A stretch of DNA of 64,000 bases from Acidobacteriota bacterium (GTDB taxonomy: Bacteria; Acidobacteriota; Vicinamibacteria; Vicinamibacterales; SCN-69-37), in NCBI GenBank assembly GCA_044507065.1, contig JBIQJY010000006.1, positions 723 through 64,722 on the forward strand, given 5' to 3'. Below the pieces are notes generated by a model. The model did not search any database and was not told the DNA's origin. It saw only the letters and a program-made list of their open reading frames with translations. A program made the translations under genes and the position numbers. Below are positions 26,755 to 39,500 of the stretch, piece after piece. Every line of letters starts with the position of its first letter. The stretch's first letter is position 1.

Positions 26755-28005
26755 CTATCTCCCCATGCTGCGAACAGACGGCACCACCGGCAGCGTGACC
26801 TTGAAGGCCGCGCCGCGTCCTGGTGCCGATACCGCCGTGATACGCCCGTCGTGTGCGTCGACCACCTTGCGGACAATCGCGAGCCCGAGCCCGGTGCCCT
26901 GTGGTTTGGTCGTGAAAAACGGACTGAAAATGCGTTCGAGATCGTCGGGCCCCATGCCGGGCCCGTTGTCGCGCACCTCGACCGCCACCTGCGGAGGTAG
27001 TGGATCGAGACCCGCGGACGTTTCGTCGTCGCCGGGCAGCAGCTCGGCGATGATGTCAACGTGGCCTTCACCGCCAAGTGCCTCGAAGGCATTGGCCAGC
27101 AGATTGGTGAACAGCTGCCGGAGCTGGTGTGGGTCGGCCAGCAGTTCGGGCACGTCGGCCGCCACATTGGTCTGGATCGATACGGACCCGCGCCGCATCT
27201 TCGCTTCGGCCATCGTGATGGAGTCCATCAGGATGTCCTCGAGCGAGGTGCGTTCGACCTGCAGCTGTATGGGCCGCACGAACTCCAGCACCTCCACGAC
27301 GATCGCGTTGGCGACCTTCGCTTCCTTGATGATGTCGTTCAGCGTCTCGAGCGATTCGGGCTGGTCGATGAGCTGGCGTTTCATCACGCCGGCCATCACC
27401 TCGATGCTGGCCAGCGGATTCTTCACTTCGTGGGCGATCGCCGCGGCCATCTCGCCGAGCGCCGCCAGCCGGTCCCGCAACCGGTCGCGCTCCTCGATCT
27501 GCTCGACACGGGTGAGGTCCTTGAAGAACAGCGTGGCCCCCACCAGCCGATCGTCGTCGTCGTGGATGGGTGAGAGCGAGTAGCCGATGGCGCGGCCCGT
27601 CTTGCGCAGTCGCATCTCGGCGCGATTGGGGAGGTCGTCCGTCTCGAATGCCCGTTGCAGCACCTGGCAGACTTCCGGACAGTCCTGCAGGACGTCCAGG
27701 AACGGCCGCCCCAGGTCATCAGGGCCAGGTACCAGCCCCAGTACGCGATAGGCGATGTCATTGATGGCGGCCACGTCGCCCTGTCGCGTGATGGCCAGCA
27801 CGCCTGCACGGAGATTGAAGACGAGGTGGCGGAAGAAGCGGTCCGCCTGCCCGTCGTCGACGGCAGCGCCGGCGGCTCGCGGGTGCGAGGAGCCGGTGCG
27901 GGCCGACCGTCTGACGGTCGTCCCAGCCTGTGTTGTTGTCTGCCGTGCCATTCCGACTCCCCCGGGCATGCCTGTGAGAGGCAAGGCCCGTACCCGTTCC
28001 ACCAA
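26755..28005 (-). CDS. Cytoplasmic PAS-domain sensor histidine kinase
   Basis: H-box MAAAIAHEVKNPLASI. N/G boxes FTNLLANAFEA, DNGPGM and GTGLGLAIV. No TM segment is seen. The start is uncertain (Met codons at residues 1, 13 and 19). Confidence 0.85.
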   Translation of the reverse strand: MVERVRALPLTGMPGGVGMARQTTTQAGTTVRRSARTGSSHPRAAGAAVDDGQADRFFRHLVFNLRAGVLAITRQGDVAAINDIAYRVLGLVPGPDDLGRPFLDVLQDCPEVCQVLQRAFETDDLPNRAEMRLRKTGRAIGYSLSPIHDDDDRLVGATLFFKDLTRVEQIEERDRLRDRLAALGEMAAAIAHEVKNPLASIEVMAGVMKRQLIDQPESLETLNDIIKEAKVANAIVVEVLEFVRPIQLQVERTSLEDILMDSITMAEAKMRRGSVSIQTNVAADVPELLADPHQLRQLFTNLLANAFEALGGEGHVDIIAELLPGDDETSAGLDPLPPQVAVEVRDNGPGMGPDDLERIFSPFFTTKPQGTGLGLAIVRKVVDAHDGRITAVSAPGRGAAFKVTLPVVPSVRSMGR

Positions 28006-28109
28006 GGCGCCGTGCCCAACAGAACCACGGCGGGTGGGTGTCGGTCCACCGACAATGCGGACCGTGCCTTACAGATGTGGTAGTGAATTACAGAAACGTA
28101 ATCAAATGG

Positions 28110-30128
<2,019 letters not shown>

Positions 30129-30340
30129 GGAGCGGAGCGGCGGCGCTCAGGGCCGCCTGCACTATTGTGGCCGAAAAGCAGCGCAGGCGGCCAGCGCCGT
30201 GCCTGCGCCGCGCCGTCGGCCGTATACTCCGGACAGGTGCCCCTGCCGGGGCGTACAGACTGAGTGCCGCGACGGGCCGTCTAAGGTCTGCAGGATGCGC
30301 GGTATCAGCCCCTGACCGAATCGCGCATCGACCGTTGCCC

Positions 30341-30949
30341 ATGACCCGGACGGATGAGGAGCTTGTCGCCGGTGCCCAGGCCGGCGACCTGGACTGTTTC
30401 AACCAGCTCGTTTCGCGCTGGGAGCGACCGATCTACGCACTCGCGTACCGGACGCTCGGCCGGGACGAAGAGGCGCGAGACGTCGTCCAGGAAGCGTTCA
30501 TGCGCGCCTATCGCGGTTTGCGAGCGTTCAAGGGCGAGGCGAAGTTCTCCTCCTGGCTCTATCGCATCACACTGAACCTCTGCCGCGACTGGATTCGGCG
30601 CGAACGCCGCGCGCCCGTCGTGTCGGTGCCGGAGGGCGTCGATCCCATCGACCTCGCCGACAGTCAGGCGACACAGACCGAATCGGTCGAGGATCTGGTC
30701 GCCCGGCGCGAGATGTCGAAGGCGGTGGCGAAGGCGATGGCCGAACTGCCCGAAGAGCAGCGCTCGACCATCCTGCTGAAGGAGTATCACGGCCTGACGT
30801 TTCAGGAGATTGCGGACATGCTCGACTGCCCGTTGAGCACCGTGAAGACGCGTCTGTATCAGGGGCTGTCCGTGTTGCGGCGGCGGCTCGAACGGCAGCA
30901 GACCGAAGAAGCTGCCCTGAGGCGGGCGACCTGGGAGAGCAGTTCGTAG
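30341..30949 (+). CDS. ECF sigma factor (RpoE-like)
   Basis: DVVQEAFMRAYRGLRAF..FSSWLYRITLNLCRDWIR is region 2. TILLKEYHGLTFQEIADMLDCPLSTVKTRLYQG is region 4. Start at the internal ATG 30341. Confidence 0.88.
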   Translation: MTRTDEELVAGAQAGDLDCFNQLVSRWERPIYALAYRTLGRDEEARDVVQEAFMRAYRGLRAFKGEAKFSSWLYRITLNLCRDWIRRERRAPVVSVPEGVDPIDLADSQATQTESVEDLVARREMSKAVAKAMAELPEEQRSTILLKEYHGLTFQEIADMLDCPLSTVKTRLYQGLSVLRRRLERQQTEEAALRRATWESSS

Positions 30950-31005
30950 GAGGCGGCGCACGGCAGCCCGTGCGCGGCGTAGGGGTAAGAACCGGGTGAT
31001 TCACC

Positions 31006-31713
31006 ATGTGTGACGAACGTGAACGACTGATCGAGTTCATCTACGGCGAGTCGAGCCTCGCCGATCGGCGGCGCGTCGAGGCGCACCTGAGCGAGTGCCA
31101 CGTGTGCCGCACGGAAGTGACGGGGCTGCGCAGCGTGCGCGACGACCTGTTGGCCTGGGATGTACCGAAGCACGATCCCGTCTGGCGGCCAGTTGCCCCG
31201 ACCGTTGTGGTTCCCGCCTGGCGTCGTGCGCCAGCGTGGGGACTCGCCGCGGCCGCCGTCGTCCTGTTTGCCGCCGGCGCCGCGGGCGGCATGGCCACGC
31301 GGACGTGGCTGCCCGCGCCCGGGGTGCCCGCTGCCGCACCAGCAGCCATGGCCGCGGCGACCACCGCACGAGCCGTTCCCGCCGGCGTCACGGCCGACGA
31401 CCTGGCCCACCTCGAGGCCAGCATTCTGGAACGTGTACGCGACGAGATGGAGGGACGCCTCCAGGCCGTGAGTGTCGTGTCGTCGGACCCCGCTTCGCCC
31501 CTGGTGCCCGTCGGGACCGGCGCGCGTTCGCGCGGGAGCGTCGAACATCTCGAAGCCAGGCTGCTGGCCATCGAGCAGTTGATTGACGATCAGATCGCGC
31601 TCAACAACTATTTCAACGGCCAGTTCGGTCGGCTCAACAGCACGACAAGCAACCTCAGGGAGGCGGTCGAGATGTCGAGTCTGCAGCGCATCTCGCTCGA
31701 CGGCGGTCGATGA
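31006..31713 (+). CDS. Zinc-binding (ZAS) anti-sigma factor, single-pass membrane protein
   Basis: The HLSECHVC (H-x3-C-x2-C) motif lies in the first 40 aa. There is a TM helix (WGLAAAAVVLFAAGAAGGMA). The C-terminal part is coiled-coil-like. It lies immediately downstream of the ECF sigma gene. Confidence 0.7.
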   Translation: MCDERERLIEFIYGESSLADRRRVEAHLSECHVCRTEVTGLRSVRDDLLAWDVPKHDPVWRPVAPTVVVPAWRRAPAWGLAAAAVVLFAAGAAGGMATRTWLPAPGVPAAAPAAMAAATTARAVPAGVTADDLAHLEASILERVRDEMEGRLQAVSVVSSDPASPLVPVGTGARSRGSVEHLEARLLAIEQLIDDQIALNNYFNGQFGRLNSTTSNLREAVEMSSLQRISLDGGR

Positions 31714-32411
31714 TGAGGGGAGTGATGCACGTGACGCGTCAGATGATGGCAGCCGGAGTGGCGATGGTGGTGCTGACGGTGCCGGGTGTGGCACTTGGCC
31801 AGGCCCCGGCGGCGCCGGGCGACAATCCCGCACGGTCGCAGGTCATGGTCTTCGAGCGCGTCCTGCGCGGGTCGGTTGAAGCCGGCGGGGCGGAGCTGGC
31901 CAAGCAGGCATTGATCGTCGCGCCGGAGTTGACGCTCTCGACCGAAGAGGCCATCGTCCGCGGCGTCAGGCTGCCGGGCTACGGGTTCTACTTCGACGTT
32001 CAGGTGCCGGGTATCGAGGGTACCGTCCGTGTCTGGGAAATGATCGCGCGCCGGCGTGAACGTCCGGGGCGGGCCAATCCGTCATTGCCGGTCGCGGCCG
32101 CGGGAACCGTCACCGACGATCCCATGGTGGAGGCACCGCCGATGTTCGATCCCGATCGCGAGTACAGCTCGCACGTCCGCCGGGCCCTCATCGATGCGGT
32201 CGTCGACAGTTCGGGCGTGCTGGCCATTGGCGCCGGCGAGCGGCTGACGGTGGCCGTCAGCGAGATCGACTCGCGCAACCCGAATCCGCTGTACAGGTCC
32301 AGTCCCTCGAAACTGCTGCTGTCGATTCAGGGCGTGGACCTCCAGGAACTCCGGCAGGGTCGAATCACGCGGGAGCAGGCCATCGAACGCATCCTCGAAG
32401 ACCGCTTCTGA
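31710..32411 (+). CDS. Hypothetical exported protein (233 aa)
   Basis: Signal peptide AAGVAMVVLTVPGVALGQ. ATGA overlap with the anti-sigma gene. I recognise no family. Confidence 0.6.
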   Translation: MMRGVMHVTRQMMAAGVAMVVLTVPGVALGQAPAAPGDNPARSQVMVFERVLRGSVEAGGAELAKQALIVAPELTLSTEEAIVRGVRLPGYGFYFDVQVPGIEGTVRVWEMIARRRERPGRANPSLPVAAAGTVTDDPMVEAPPMFDPDREYSSHVRRALIDAVVDSSGVLAIGAGERLTVAVSEIDSRNPNPLYRSSPSKLLLSIQGVDLQELRQGRITREQAIERILEDRF

Positions 32412-32428
32412 TCTACAATCGGCCCATC

Positions 32429-32938
32429 ATGAACAGGCTGCTGGGGGTTGTCGTGCTGGTGGTGTCGCTGACCGGTCTGGGATGCCGGCAGGTGGCGCTC
32501 GAACAGGTTCTCACGGTTACCGACACCTTCACCGGCTGGTATCACGTCGGGGTGGTCGGTGGGCAGGAAAAGCTGGTTCCCAGCTTCAGCTTCCGGCTGC
32601 AGAACGCCGGGGACGAGCCACTCAGCCGCGTGCAGCTGCTCGTCAGCTTCTGGCCGAATGGCGCCGATGGCGAGCTGGATTCAAAGCAGATTACGGGGCT
32701 CGGTCCCGAGGAGCTGGCCCCGGCCGCGTCGACCGAACCGATTCTCGTTCGTTCCGATGCCGGCTATACCCTCGACCCCCCGCAGACGAAGGACGATCTC
32801 TTCATGCACAGCAGCTTCAGAGACTTCACCGTGAAAGTCTTTGCGCGCCGCGATGGGCGACTCGTGCCGCTCGGTGAGTTCCCGGTTGAGCGTCGCGTGA
32901 TCCCATCGGCCGCACCGTCGACGACGACCGTTCCCTGA
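32429..32938 (+). CDS. Hypothetical lipoprotein (169 aa)
   Basis: Lipobox SLTGLGC. Codon bias is good. It lies 17 nt after the previous gene. Confidence 0.6.
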   Translation: MNRLLGVVVLVVSLTGLGCRQVALEQVLTVTDTFTGWYHVGVVGGQEKLVPSFSFRLQNAGDEPLSRVQLLVSFWPNGADGELDSKQITGLGPEELAPAASTEPILVRSDAGYTLDPPQTKDDLFMHSSFRDFTVKVFARRDGRLVPLGEFPVERRVIPSAAPSTTTVP

Positions 32939-33012
32939 CCACCGCGTTTCCCTCGTACGAACGCCTCGGGCAAGCCTGGCCCCCTCGCGGGCGCAGGCCT
33001 CACCATGACCGC

Positions 33013-34398
33013 TCATCTGTCGGCGGTCGTTCTCGGTTGAACATAGAACCGGTAGACAGCGGCGCCGGCGAGTACGGTGATCACCGCCCAGATCGCCTCG
33101 AGTTGGCGTGCGCTGCCGAAGTAGATGAGCACCCACAGGTTCATCAGGACGTACGCGAGGGGAATCACCGGGTAGGCCAGGCTTACCCATGGCGATTTCT
33201 GCCATCCCGGCCGCTGACGGAACTTGAAGAGTGCGAGCACCGCGAGGGCCGTGAAGAAGAACAGTGTGAACCCGATGTAGTACGCCAGGCTCTCGAACGT
33301 GCCCGTCACGATCAGCGCGCAGCAGCAGAGGCCCTGCGCGATGACCGCGATCCACGGGCTGTTCCAACGCGGGTGCAGCCGGCCCGCGGCGGAGAAGAAG
33401 GCACCATTCTGTGCCATCGCGTAGTAGACGCGCGGCCCAATCATCGACATCGCGTTGACCGTCGCGAGCAGCGACAGGGCCATCGCCGCGGCAAACACCC
33501 CGCCGACCTGGTCGCCGAACAGGGCGGTTGCGGCCGTGGCTCCAACCGCCAGCACGCCGGCCAGTTCACTGAGCGGGCTTGCGTAGATATAAAGCACGTT
33601 CAGCGCCACGTAGAACAGCGCCACGAACACCGTCCCGCTCACGAGCGCCAGCGGCAGTGTCCGCCCGGGATCGCGGATTTCCTCGGCAACGTAGACTGCC
33701 GCATTCCACCCGCTGTAGCCGTAGAACACGAAGACGAGACTCACGGCGAACTGTCCGAACAGTGGCGTGGAACCGGCGCGCGGCAGCGTCTCGGAGAAGT
33801 GTGCCCAGTCCCCGTTGCCGATTGCGAAGCCCAGCACCAGAAATCCGGCCAGCACGATCAGCTTCGTTGCCGTGAGCACGTTCTGCAGCGCCGCCACCTG
33901 GGCGGCGCCGAGGACGTTGACGACCGTGAAGGCCAGGACAATGGCACAGGCAACCGCCTCGAGCGCCCCCAGTTCAAGCGTGGCGATACCGAGGGACACC
34001 GAGAAGGCCGCCGGCGCGTCCGATGACAGCGAGGGAAAGAAGACCGCCAGATACGCACAGATGGCCAGCACCGCGGCGGCGATCGGGGCCGAGAATCCCG
34101 CAAAGAAACTGACCCAGCCGTTCACGAAGCCCCACGTCGGACCCCATGCCTCGGTCAGGTACACGTACTCGCCACCCGACCGGGGAAAATTGACGGCCAG
34201 TTCCGAGTAGCAGAGAGCGCCGGCCAGTGCCAGGATCGCCCCCACCAGCCAGATGCCAACCACCAGCCAGGGCTGACCGAGGTCGCCGGCGAGAAATCCG
34301 GTGGTCGTGAAAATGCCAACCCCGATCATGTTCGACACGACGAGTGCTGTGGCGCTGACGACGGTCAACTGGCGGGCGAGGCTCGGCTGCGACATCAC
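33013..34398 (-). CDS. APC-superfamily amino acid permease
   Basis: 461 aa with about 12 hydrophobic helices. The N-terminal motif SNMIGVGIFTTTG is typical of amino acid/polyamine/organocation transporters. Confidence 0.88.
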   Translation of the reverse strand: MMSQPSLARQLTVVSATALVVSNMIGVGIFTTTGFLAGDLGQPWLVVGIWLVGAILALAGALCYSELAVNFPRSGGEYVYLTEAWGPTWGFVNGWVSFFAGFSAPIAAAVLAICAYLAVFFPSLSSDAPAAFSVSLGIATLELGALEAVACAIVLAFTVVNVLGAAQVAALQNVLTATKLIVLAGFLVLGFAIGNGDWAHFSETLPRAGSTPLFGQFAVSLVFVFYGYSGWNAAVYVAEEIRDPGRTLPLALVSGTVFVALFYVALNVLYIYASPLSELAGVLAVGATAATALFGDQVGGVFAAAMALSLLATVNAMSMIGPRVYYAMAQNGAFFSAAGRLHPRWNSPWIAVIAQGLCCCALIVTGTFESLAYYIGFTLFFFTALAVLALFKFRQRPGWQKSPWVSLAYPVIPLAYVLMNLWVLIYFGSARQLEAIWAVITVLAGAAVYRFYVQPRTTADR

Positions 34399-34477
34399 GT
34401 GAGACTTTATGTCAAACGCTCGGTGAACCGATGCCGGGAAGGACGGAACGAGGCGGGTGAGCGACCGACGACGCGAG

Positions 34478-34513
34478 CCGGCTCCCGTCGCAAGCAGGAG
34501 CGACAGGAGCCGG
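34478..34513 (-). terminator. Stem-loop downstream of the PEGA gene
   Basis: The minus-strand RNA reads CCGGCUCCUGUCGC-ucctgctt-GCGACGGGAGCCGG. The stem is 14 bp including one G-U pair, and it starts 11 nt after the stop codon. No U-tract. Confidence 0.5.
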
Positions 34514-34524
34514 AGGGGGAATGA

Positions 34525-35379
34525 TTACTCTTCCTGGAGCTTCACGCGCTCGGTCTGTGTGCGGCCGGCCTTCACGGTGACTTCCTTCGTGACGGTCTCG
34601 TAGCCGTCCGCGCGGAACTCGAGCTCGTGCCGACCTTCGGGCAGGCTCAGGTGGTTGCTGAGGCCTCCGAACTCATCGGCCACTCCCGCGAGGGCGCCGT
34701 CGACATAGACGCGCGCACTGCTCGGGTTCACGCGCAGGCGCAGCGACCCTGTGGCCGCGCCCGCGTCGCGGTCATCGTAGGTCCGCGTCGCAGACGTCCA
34801 CGTGTAGGGCACTCCGCCGTAGCCATACGGGTCGTAGAGGAACGGGTCGTACCAACCGTAGCTGTACCAGGACCACCCGCCGTAGATCCACGGGCTGTAC
34901 GCACCCGGCCCGTAGTAGTACGACCAGGGGCTGTAGTAGTGCCGGGGATAGTAGTACCCGGGGTTCCAGTAGCCGGGATAGGACGGCCGTGGCAACGGCA
35001 CGTCGCCGCGCGGCTGTGCCTGGCCTCGCAGGCCCTGCGTCGTGCGGACCCGGCGGGCGGCTGCATCAGCTTCGACCGACTGCCGACTGCCCGGTGCGAC
35101 GCGTGCGCCGGACCCGGCGGGGCGGCTGCCAGCCGGACGCCCGACCACGCGCGAATCGCCACCACCCGACGGCGCCGGTGCCGGGGCCGGCGGCGGAGAA
35201 TGACGCGGGACCGCGACCGACCCACCCGAGTCCGAACCGCCGGATCGCGAGCCAGCCGACCCGCTCGATCCGCCGGAGTCCGAACCGCCGCGGCGCGCCG
35301 CCTGCGCGGCAGCCGTCGTCGGCACCGCCAGGGCCGTTGCCACGATGACCGACAGGGCGAATGACAGGGACTTGGTCAT
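34525..35379 (-). CDS. Secreted PEGA-domain protein with Gly/Ser-rich and Tyr/Trp/Pro-rich low-complexity regions
   Basis: Signal peptide MTKSLSFALSVIVATALAVPTTAAAQA. The C-terminal PEGA-like domain is RVYVDGALAG...LPEGRHELEFRADGYETVTKEVTV. The start at 35379 has AGGAGA 7 nt upstream. Confidence 0.75.
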   Translation of the reverse strand: MTKSLSFALSVIVATALAVPTTAAAQAARRGGSDSGGSSGSAGSRSGGSDSGGSVAVPRHSPPPAPAPAPSGGGDSRVVGRPAGSRPAGSGARVAPGSRQSVEADAAARRVRTTQGLRGQAQPRGDVPLPRPSYPGYWNPGYYYPRHYYSPWSYYYGPGAYSPWIYGGWSWYSYGWYDPFLYDPYGYGGVPYTWTSATRTYDDRDAGAATGSLRLRVNPSSARVYVDGALAGVADEFGGLSNHLSLPEGRHELEFRADGYETVTKEVTVKAGRTQTERVKLQEE

Positions 35380-35422
35380 GAGCATTCTCCTGAGTGGTAT
35401 CACTCTTCGATTGTAAGGCTCG

Positions 35423-35438
35423 TGCAACTTGCCTGCCA
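35423..35438 (-). promoter_or_regulatory. Candidate sigma54 (-24/-12) promoter for the PEGA gene
   Basis: The minus strand reads TGGCAGGCAAGTTGCA against TGGCACG-N4-TTGCW. The single deviation is C->G at position 6. There are 43 nt between the motif and the ATG at 35379. Confidence 0.5.
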
Positions 35439-35455
35439 CCGCTGACGGTGGCAGG
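35432..35455. repeat. Perfect 10-bp inverted repeat CCTGCCACCG-ctga-CGGTGGCAGG overlapping the -24 element
   Basis: Read directly. One arm contains the TGGCAGG of the sigma54 motif. Confidence 0.6.
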
Positions 35456-35627
35456 GTCGTGCCGCACCGCTTTCAGGCGCGGCGCACCGTCCTCCACGGG
35501 TGGCGGGGGCCACGCATGGCAGGAGACACTGCCGCGTGCTTGCCCTCGCGGCCGCCCGGAACTACGATGCGAACTAGGAAGTCGCCACCACCTTCCATCG
35601 TCAAGCATCTCCGGACAGTTGTCTTTC

Positions 35628-36157
35628 ATGAATCACGCGCACGCCACCACGGTTCTCGCCGTCCGTCACAACGACAAGGTCGTCCTGGCCAGCGACGGCC
35701 AGGTCACGCTGGGTCAAACCGTGGTCAAGCACCACGCGCGCAAGGTTCGGCGGCTCTACCACGATCAGGTACTGGCGGGATTTGCCGGGTCGGCAGCCGA
35801 CGGGTTCGCACTCTTCGGCCGCTTCGAAGCCAAACTCGAGGAGCATCGTGGCAATCTCGAGCGGGCAGCGGTGGAGCTCGCGCGCGACTGGCGCGTCGAT
35901 CGCGCGCTGCGCCGTCTCGAGGCGATGCTGCTCGTCTCGGATCGGCGCGCCATGTACCTGCTGTCGGGCACCGGCGATCTCATCGAGCCGGATGACGGCG
36001 TCATGGGAATCGGGTCGGGCGGTCCGTTCGCCATGGCTGCCGCCCGTGCGCTGGTCCGCCACAGTGACCTCGACGCGCGCGCGATTGTCGAGCAGGCCAT
36101 GGCCATTGCCGCCGACATCTGCATCTATACAAACGACCGCATCGTCGTGGAAGAGCT

Positions 36158-36161
<4 letters not shown>
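35628..36161 (+). CDS. hslV: ATP-dependent protease subunit HslV
   Basis: [21 protein letters not shown] provides the N-terminal Thr nucleophile after processing. [14 protein letters not shown] is present. 177 aa. Confidence 0.93.
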
Positions 36162-37575
<1,414 letters not shown>

Positions 37576-37579
<4 letters not shown>

Positions 37580-38694
37580 CGCGCCGGGCGACTTCGCTTC
37601 TGGCAGCGTGCGTGGCACTGGCGGTCCTCGCCGCGGCGTGCGGCAAGAAGGGCAATCCGCTGCCGCCGCTGCGGCCGGTCCCGGCGCGGATCGCCGACCT
37701 GACCGTGCTCCGCACGGCCGGGAGAGTCGAGCTGCGCATGACCGTGCCGTCGGCCAACATCGACGGCACGACGCCCGTCGCCGTCGATCGCATCGACATC
37801 TATCGGCTCCTGGCCGGTCCGGATCAGCCGCCCATCCCCGCCGGCCAGGTGGCGGCCAATCCCGCCAACCTGCTGACAAGCCTGCCCGTTCGGCGCCCGG
37901 CGCCCGTCGATGGCGCGCCGTCGCAGACGCCGGCGTCGACCATGGTGCCGGCCCCGGGGGAGGTTGCGACATTCGTCGACGCGACGGAAGCCATCGAGGC
38001 GGCCGGAGGGGCAGCGGCGCTGCACTACGTGGCAGTGCCGGCGACCGGCGTCTCAGGGGGGCGCAGCGGGCCACCGACACCCGTGGCCATCGTCTCGCTC
38101 GGACCCCTGCCCGCCGCACCGCAGAATCTCGCGCTCACGCATGACGCGACGACGGTGCGCGTGACATGGGACGGCGCCGACGCGGGCCATGCGTTTCGCG
38201 CGTATCGCGTGTCGGCCAGCCCGACGGCGGCGCCCGAACTGCTGACGCCGGCCCCCCTCGCGGCGCCCGGACTGGAAATCCCCGTCGAGTTCGCACGGGA
38301 GGTCTGCGTCGTCGTGCAGTCGCTGGAGGTGGCCGGTGCGGTGACAATCGCGGGTGCCACGACAGCACCGGTGTGCCTTACACCGGTCGACCAGTACCCG
38401 CCGCCATCCCCGACAGGCGTGCGCGTCGTCCAGGAGGGGCAGGCGGTGACGGTCATATGGACGGCCGTTGACGCGTCCGATCTGACTGGCTATGTGGTGC
38501 TGCGCGGCTCCGGAACGGATGCACCGCTGACGCCGCTGATGCGGGATCCCGTGCGGGAAACCACCTATCGCGACGCGACGGTCGAGCCGGGGGGCACCTA
38601 CACCTACGCCGTCTACGCGGTCGACTCGGCTCCGTCTCCCAACGCCAGCGCGCTGTCGGAACCGGAGACCATCACGGTGCGCCAGGCGCCCTGA
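37576..38694 (+). CDS. Lipoprotein with fibronectin-III-like beta-sandwich repeats
   Basis: The lipobox LAAAC is followed by [12 protein letters not shown]. The repeated pattern (...VRVTWDG..., ...VTVIWTAV...GYVVLRG...YTYAVYAVD) is FN3-like. There is a 4-nt overlap with the hslU stop. Confidence 0.65.
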
Positions 38695-38846
38695 CGTGAG
38701 TTCCAGCGCCGGTCGACGTATGATCGGTACGATCGACGGTCGTTCGACGCCGCCTCTTTCGACCGGGCGGCGCCACCATCGGGGATGCGCGCCGCGGCTG
38801 CGGGACACGCGGTCTTCCGGGCGCGCAGGAGAAACTCGAGGCACCC

Positions 38847-39500
38847 ATGAAACTGTTCATTGATTCCGGCAACCTGCGCGACATCGAATCACTGGTGCCG
38901 CTTGGCATTATCGATGGCGTCACCACCAATCCGTCGCTCATGGCGAAGGAGGGGGGCGACCCGAAGGCCATCATCCAGAAGATCTGCGACATCGTGCAGG
39001 GACCTGTCAGCGCCGAAGTCGTCGCGACCGACGCGGACGGCATGATTGCGGAAGGGCGCGAACTGGCGAAGATCGACAAGCACGTCGTCGTCAAGGTGCC
39101 CTTCACCCGCGACGGTGTGCGCGCGACGCGCGTGCTCGCGTCCGAGGGCCACCGCGTGAATGTCACGCTCATCTTCTCGCCGACGCAGGCCTTGCTGGCG
39201 GCCAAGGTTGGCGCGGCATATGTCAGCCCGTTTGTCGGCCGGCTCGACGACATTGCGACCGACGGTATGGGCCTCATCCGCAATATCGTCGAGATCTTCG
39301 ATCAGTACGAGTTCACGACCGAGATTCTCGTCGCCAGCGTGCGCCATCCGATCCACATCGTCGAGGCGGCCCGGATGGGCGCCGACGTCTGCACGTGCCC
39401 GGTGTCTGTCATCGAAGCGTGTTTCAAGCACCCGCTCACCGACATCGGTCTGGCGAAGTTCCTGCAGGACTGGGAAAAGGCGCAAGCGGCCCGAGCCTGA
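38847..39500 (+). CDS. Transaldolase / fructose-6-phosphate aldolase (short TalC/FSA type)
   Basis: [14 protein letters not shown]...[13 protein letters not shown] (Schiff-base Lys region) and [11 protein letters not shown]. 217 aa. Confidence 0.9.
   Translation: MKLFIDSGNLRDIESLVPLGIIDGVTTNPSLMAKEGGDPKAIIQKICDIVQGPVSAEVVATDADGMIAEGRELAKIDKHVVVKVPFTRDGVRATRVLASEGHRVNVTLIFSPTQALLAAKVGAAYVSPFVGRLDDIATDGMGLIRNIVEIFDQYEFTTEILVASVRHPIHIVEAARMGADVCTCPVSVIEACFKHPLTDIGLAKFLQDWEKAQAARA

Noticed and set aside
28040-28062. A sigma54-like AGGCACG...TTG on the minus strand upstream of the histidine kinase.
   Set aside because: The spacing between the GG and the TTG/GC element is 3 nt too long, and sigma54 promoters do not tolerate that.
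30129-30340. An ECF-type promoter (CGTCTAA as -10) or a weak sigma54 match (TGGCCGAAAAGCAGC) upstream of the second ECF sigma gene.
   Set aside because: There is no GGAAC-like -35 at the right distance, and the sigma54-like site lacks the TTGC core. Neither is convincing enough to annotate.
35150-35330. Short tandem-like DNA repeats (ggatc/gaacc/gccg units).
   Set aside because: They lie within the PEGA gene and encode its Gly/Ser/Asp-rich tract. They are not a CRISPR array or an intergenic repeat.
35517-35533. The plus-strand TGGCAGGAGACACTGCC upstream of hslV as a sigma54 promoter.
   Set aside because: The GC of the -12 element is displaced by one position and the TTGC core is absent.
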